Positions 30,689-32,000 of a stretch of 32,000 bases of DNA are shown piece after piece (position 1 is the first letter of the stretch; each line of letters opens with the position of its first letter). The position numbers and the translations under genes were made by a program. The stretch is from Aquipuribacter hungaricus (GTDB taxonomy: Bacteria > Actinomycetota > Actinomycetes > Actinomycetales > JBBAYJ01): assembly GCF_042663885.1 (NCBI RefSeq), contig NZ_JBHSXV010000001.1; one strand, given 5' to 3'. The notes beneath the pieces were generated by a model, which saw only the letters and a list, made by a program, of their open reading frames with translations, was not told where the DNA came from and did not search any database.

Positions 30689-30906
30689 GGTTCGTACCGG
30701 TCATGGGGCTGCTGATGGCCTCGCCCGTCGTCCTGCAGGCGGTCCAGGGCCAGCGGGACGTCCGCGACGCCCTGCTCGTCTGGCTCGTCGCGATGGTCCT
30801 GGCCGTGGGCGGAGTCGTCCTCTACCGGGCGGCCACCGCCACGTCACCGGGCCGCCCGCCGGCGGCTCCCCCCACGCCCCGGCGCCGCGCCGAGGACCGC
30901 AGCTGA
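30685..30906 (+). CDS. Small hypothetical membrane protein (73 aa, two hydrophobic segments, Pro/Arg-rich tail)
   Basis: Track ORF. The ATG overlaps the PilZ stop (ATGA). Hydrophobic segments: FVPVMGLLMASPVVLQAV and ALLVWLVAMVLAVGGVVLY. GC3 is high. I recognise no family. Confidence 0.45.
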   Translation: MRFVPVMGLLMASPVVLQAVQGQRDVRDALLVWLVAMVLAVGGVVLYRAATATSPGRPPAAPPTPRRRAEDRS

Positions 30907-30929
30907 CCCCGGCCCCCTAGGCTGGGGCG

Positions 30930-31211
30930 ATGCTGGTCCTGAGCCGACGTACCGGGGAGAGCGTGGTCATCGGTGACGACGTCGTCGTCACGGTGCTCGA
31001 GGTCAAGGGGGACGGCGGCGTCCGGCTCGGCATCGACGCCCCGCGCACCGTCCGGGTGCACCGCGCCGAGGTCTACGCCGCGGTCAAGGCCGCCAACGCC
31101 GACGCCAGCCGCGCCGCCTCCGCCCCCTCGGGCGCGGCCGTGGAGCAGCTGCTCGAGCTGGCGTCCCGCAGGGCGGCTCGACCGGACGAGCAGGCACCGC
31201 CCGCCGACTAG
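30930..31211 (+). CDS. csrA: Translational regulator CsrA (93 aa, long C-terminal extension)
   Basis: [49 protein letters not shown] is the CsrA/RsmA signature over the whole core fold. Confidence 0.92.
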   Translation: MLVLSRRTGESVVIGDDVVVTVLEVKGDGGVRLGIDAPRTVRVHRAEVYAAVKAANADASRAASAPSGAAVEQLLELASRRAARPDEQAPPAD

Positions 31212-31220
31212 GCTCGCCCC

Positions 31221-31901
31221 GTGCGAGTCGGAGTCGTCACCTTCCCCGGATCACTCGACGACGGGGACGCCGCCCGCGCGGTCCGCCTCGCTGGTGCGGA
31301 GCCGGTGAGGCTCTGGCACGCCGACCCCGACCTGCACGGCGTCGACGCGGTCGTCCTGCCGGGCGGGTTCTCCTACGGCGACTACCTGCGCTGCGGCGCC
31401 ATCGCCCGGTTCGCCCCGGTGATGACCTCGGTGGTCGAGGCCGCCGGGCGCGGCACCCCCGTGCTCGGGATCTGCAACGGCTTCCAGGTGCTGTGCGAGT
31501 CGCACCTGCTGCCGGGCGCCCTGGTGCGCAACGAGGCCCAGCGCTTCGTCTGCCGCGACCAGCGGCTGCGCGTGGAGACCACCGCGACGCCGTGGACCGC
31601 CGGGTTCGAGCAGGGGCAGGAGATCGTCGTGCCGCTGAAGAACGGCGAGGGCGGCTACGTCGCCGACGAGGACACCCTCGACCGGCTCGAGGGCGAGGGC
31701 CGCGTGGTGTTCCGCTACGTCGGGCCCAACCCCAACGGCTCCCGCCGCGAGATCGCCGGGGTGTCCGACGCCTCCGGCCGGGTCGTCGGCCTCATGCCGC
31801 ACCCGGAGCACGCCGTCGAGCGCGGCTACGGCCCCGGCACCGACGGCCTCACCGTCTTCACCTCGCTCGTCGCCGGCGCCCTGCAGGGCGTGCTCGCGTG
31901 A
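31221..31901 (+). CDS. purQ: Phosphoribosylformylglycinamidine synthase, glutaminase subunit PurQ
   Basis: [21 protein letters not shown]...[19 protein letters not shown]...[19 protein letters not shown]...[11 protein letters not shown] matches a class I glutamine amidotransferase of the PurQ type (Cys and His present). Confidence 0.93.
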   Translation: MRVGVVTFPGSLDDGDAARAVRLAGAEPVRLWHADPDLHGVDAVVLPGGFSYGDYLRCGAIARFAPVMTSVVEAAGRGTPVLGICNGFQVLCESHLLPGALVRNEAQRFVCRDQRLRVETTATPWTAGFEQGQEIVVPLKNGEGGYVADEDTLDRLEGEGRVVFRYVGPNPNGSRREIAGVSDASGRVVGLMPHPEHAVERGYGPGTDGLTVFTSLVAGALQGVLA

Positions 31902-32000
31902 GCGCGCAGCCGCAGGCGCGCGTGGCCGTGGACTCCGTCCCGGTCGCCGCCCGCACGCCGGACGTCGAGCAGCCGTGGGCCGAGCTCGGCCTGCGCGCCG
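31898..32000 (+). CDS. purL: Phosphoribosylformylglycinamidine synthase subunit PurL, first 34 codons only
   Basis: Hand translation from GTG 31898 (GTGA overlap with the purQ stop) gives [34 protein letters not shown]. The ...TPDxEQPWxELGL... stretch is typical of PurL N-termini, and the gene follows purQ. Confidence 0.7.
   Translation, partial: MSAQPQARVAVDSVPVAARTPDVEQPWAELGLRA

Noticed and set aside
1-32000. Search for mobile elements, prophage or defence genes, toxin-antitoxin pairs, tRNA or rRNA genes
   Set aside because: No transposase, integrase or recombinase signatures, no long terminal inverted repeats, and no tRNA-like or rRNA-like sequence were seen. Every sizeable plus-strand gap-free block is accounted for by flagellar or pur genes.

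Overview
Very GC-rich DNA (by eye well above 70% G+C, third codon positions almost all G/C), typical of a high-GC actinobacterium. Almost the whole window is one flagellar gene cluster of about 31 kb. On the minus strand are flgN and flgK; flgK runs off the left edge and is missing from the ORF track, so I translated it by hand. On the plus strand the order is: fliA | fliC | fliD-fliS-orf | flgB-flgC-fliE-fliF-fliG-fliH-fliI-fliJ-[NlpC/P60+SLT hydrolase]-fliK | flgD | flgE | flbD-motA-motB-fliL | fliM-fliN-fliO-fliP-fliQ-fliR-flhB | flhA-[FlhF-like]-[PilZ/YcgR-like]-[small membrane ORF]-csrA. The right edge is housekeeping purQ and the 5' end of purL. I saw no rRNA, tRNA, CRISPR array, transposase or integrase. 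Most long ORFs in the track that lie antisense or out of frame to these genes are GC-content artefacts. The main hunt results follow. (1) A cTCAr-N15/16-GCCGA(T/A/G) motif, similar to a sigma-28 promoter, sits in front of every inferred transcription unit, including fliA itself and the early genes. In two cases it is placed so that fliM and fliA would be leaderless. (2) GC-rich hairpins lie directly upstream of several of these motifs. (3) The heptamer CCACGGA, which fits a CsrA-type GGA site, recurs in the fliC, flgB, flbD and flhA leaders, and csrA is encoded at the end of the cluster. (4) The gene in the flhF position is colinear with FlhF, but every GTPase motif is replaced (GAPHRARP in place of GxxGxGK[ST]), and it carries three in-frame tandem-repeat arrays. 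(5) The YcgR-like PilZ protein has a low-complexity insertion between its two c-di-GMP motifs. (6) A fused NlpC/P60 plus lytic-transglycosylase protein without a Sec signal occupies the FlgJ niche. (7) FlbD has an Asp/His-rich tail, and its leader contains a CAC-rich repeat. All calls rest on reading the sequence and remembered family signatures; no database search or folding calculation was possible.
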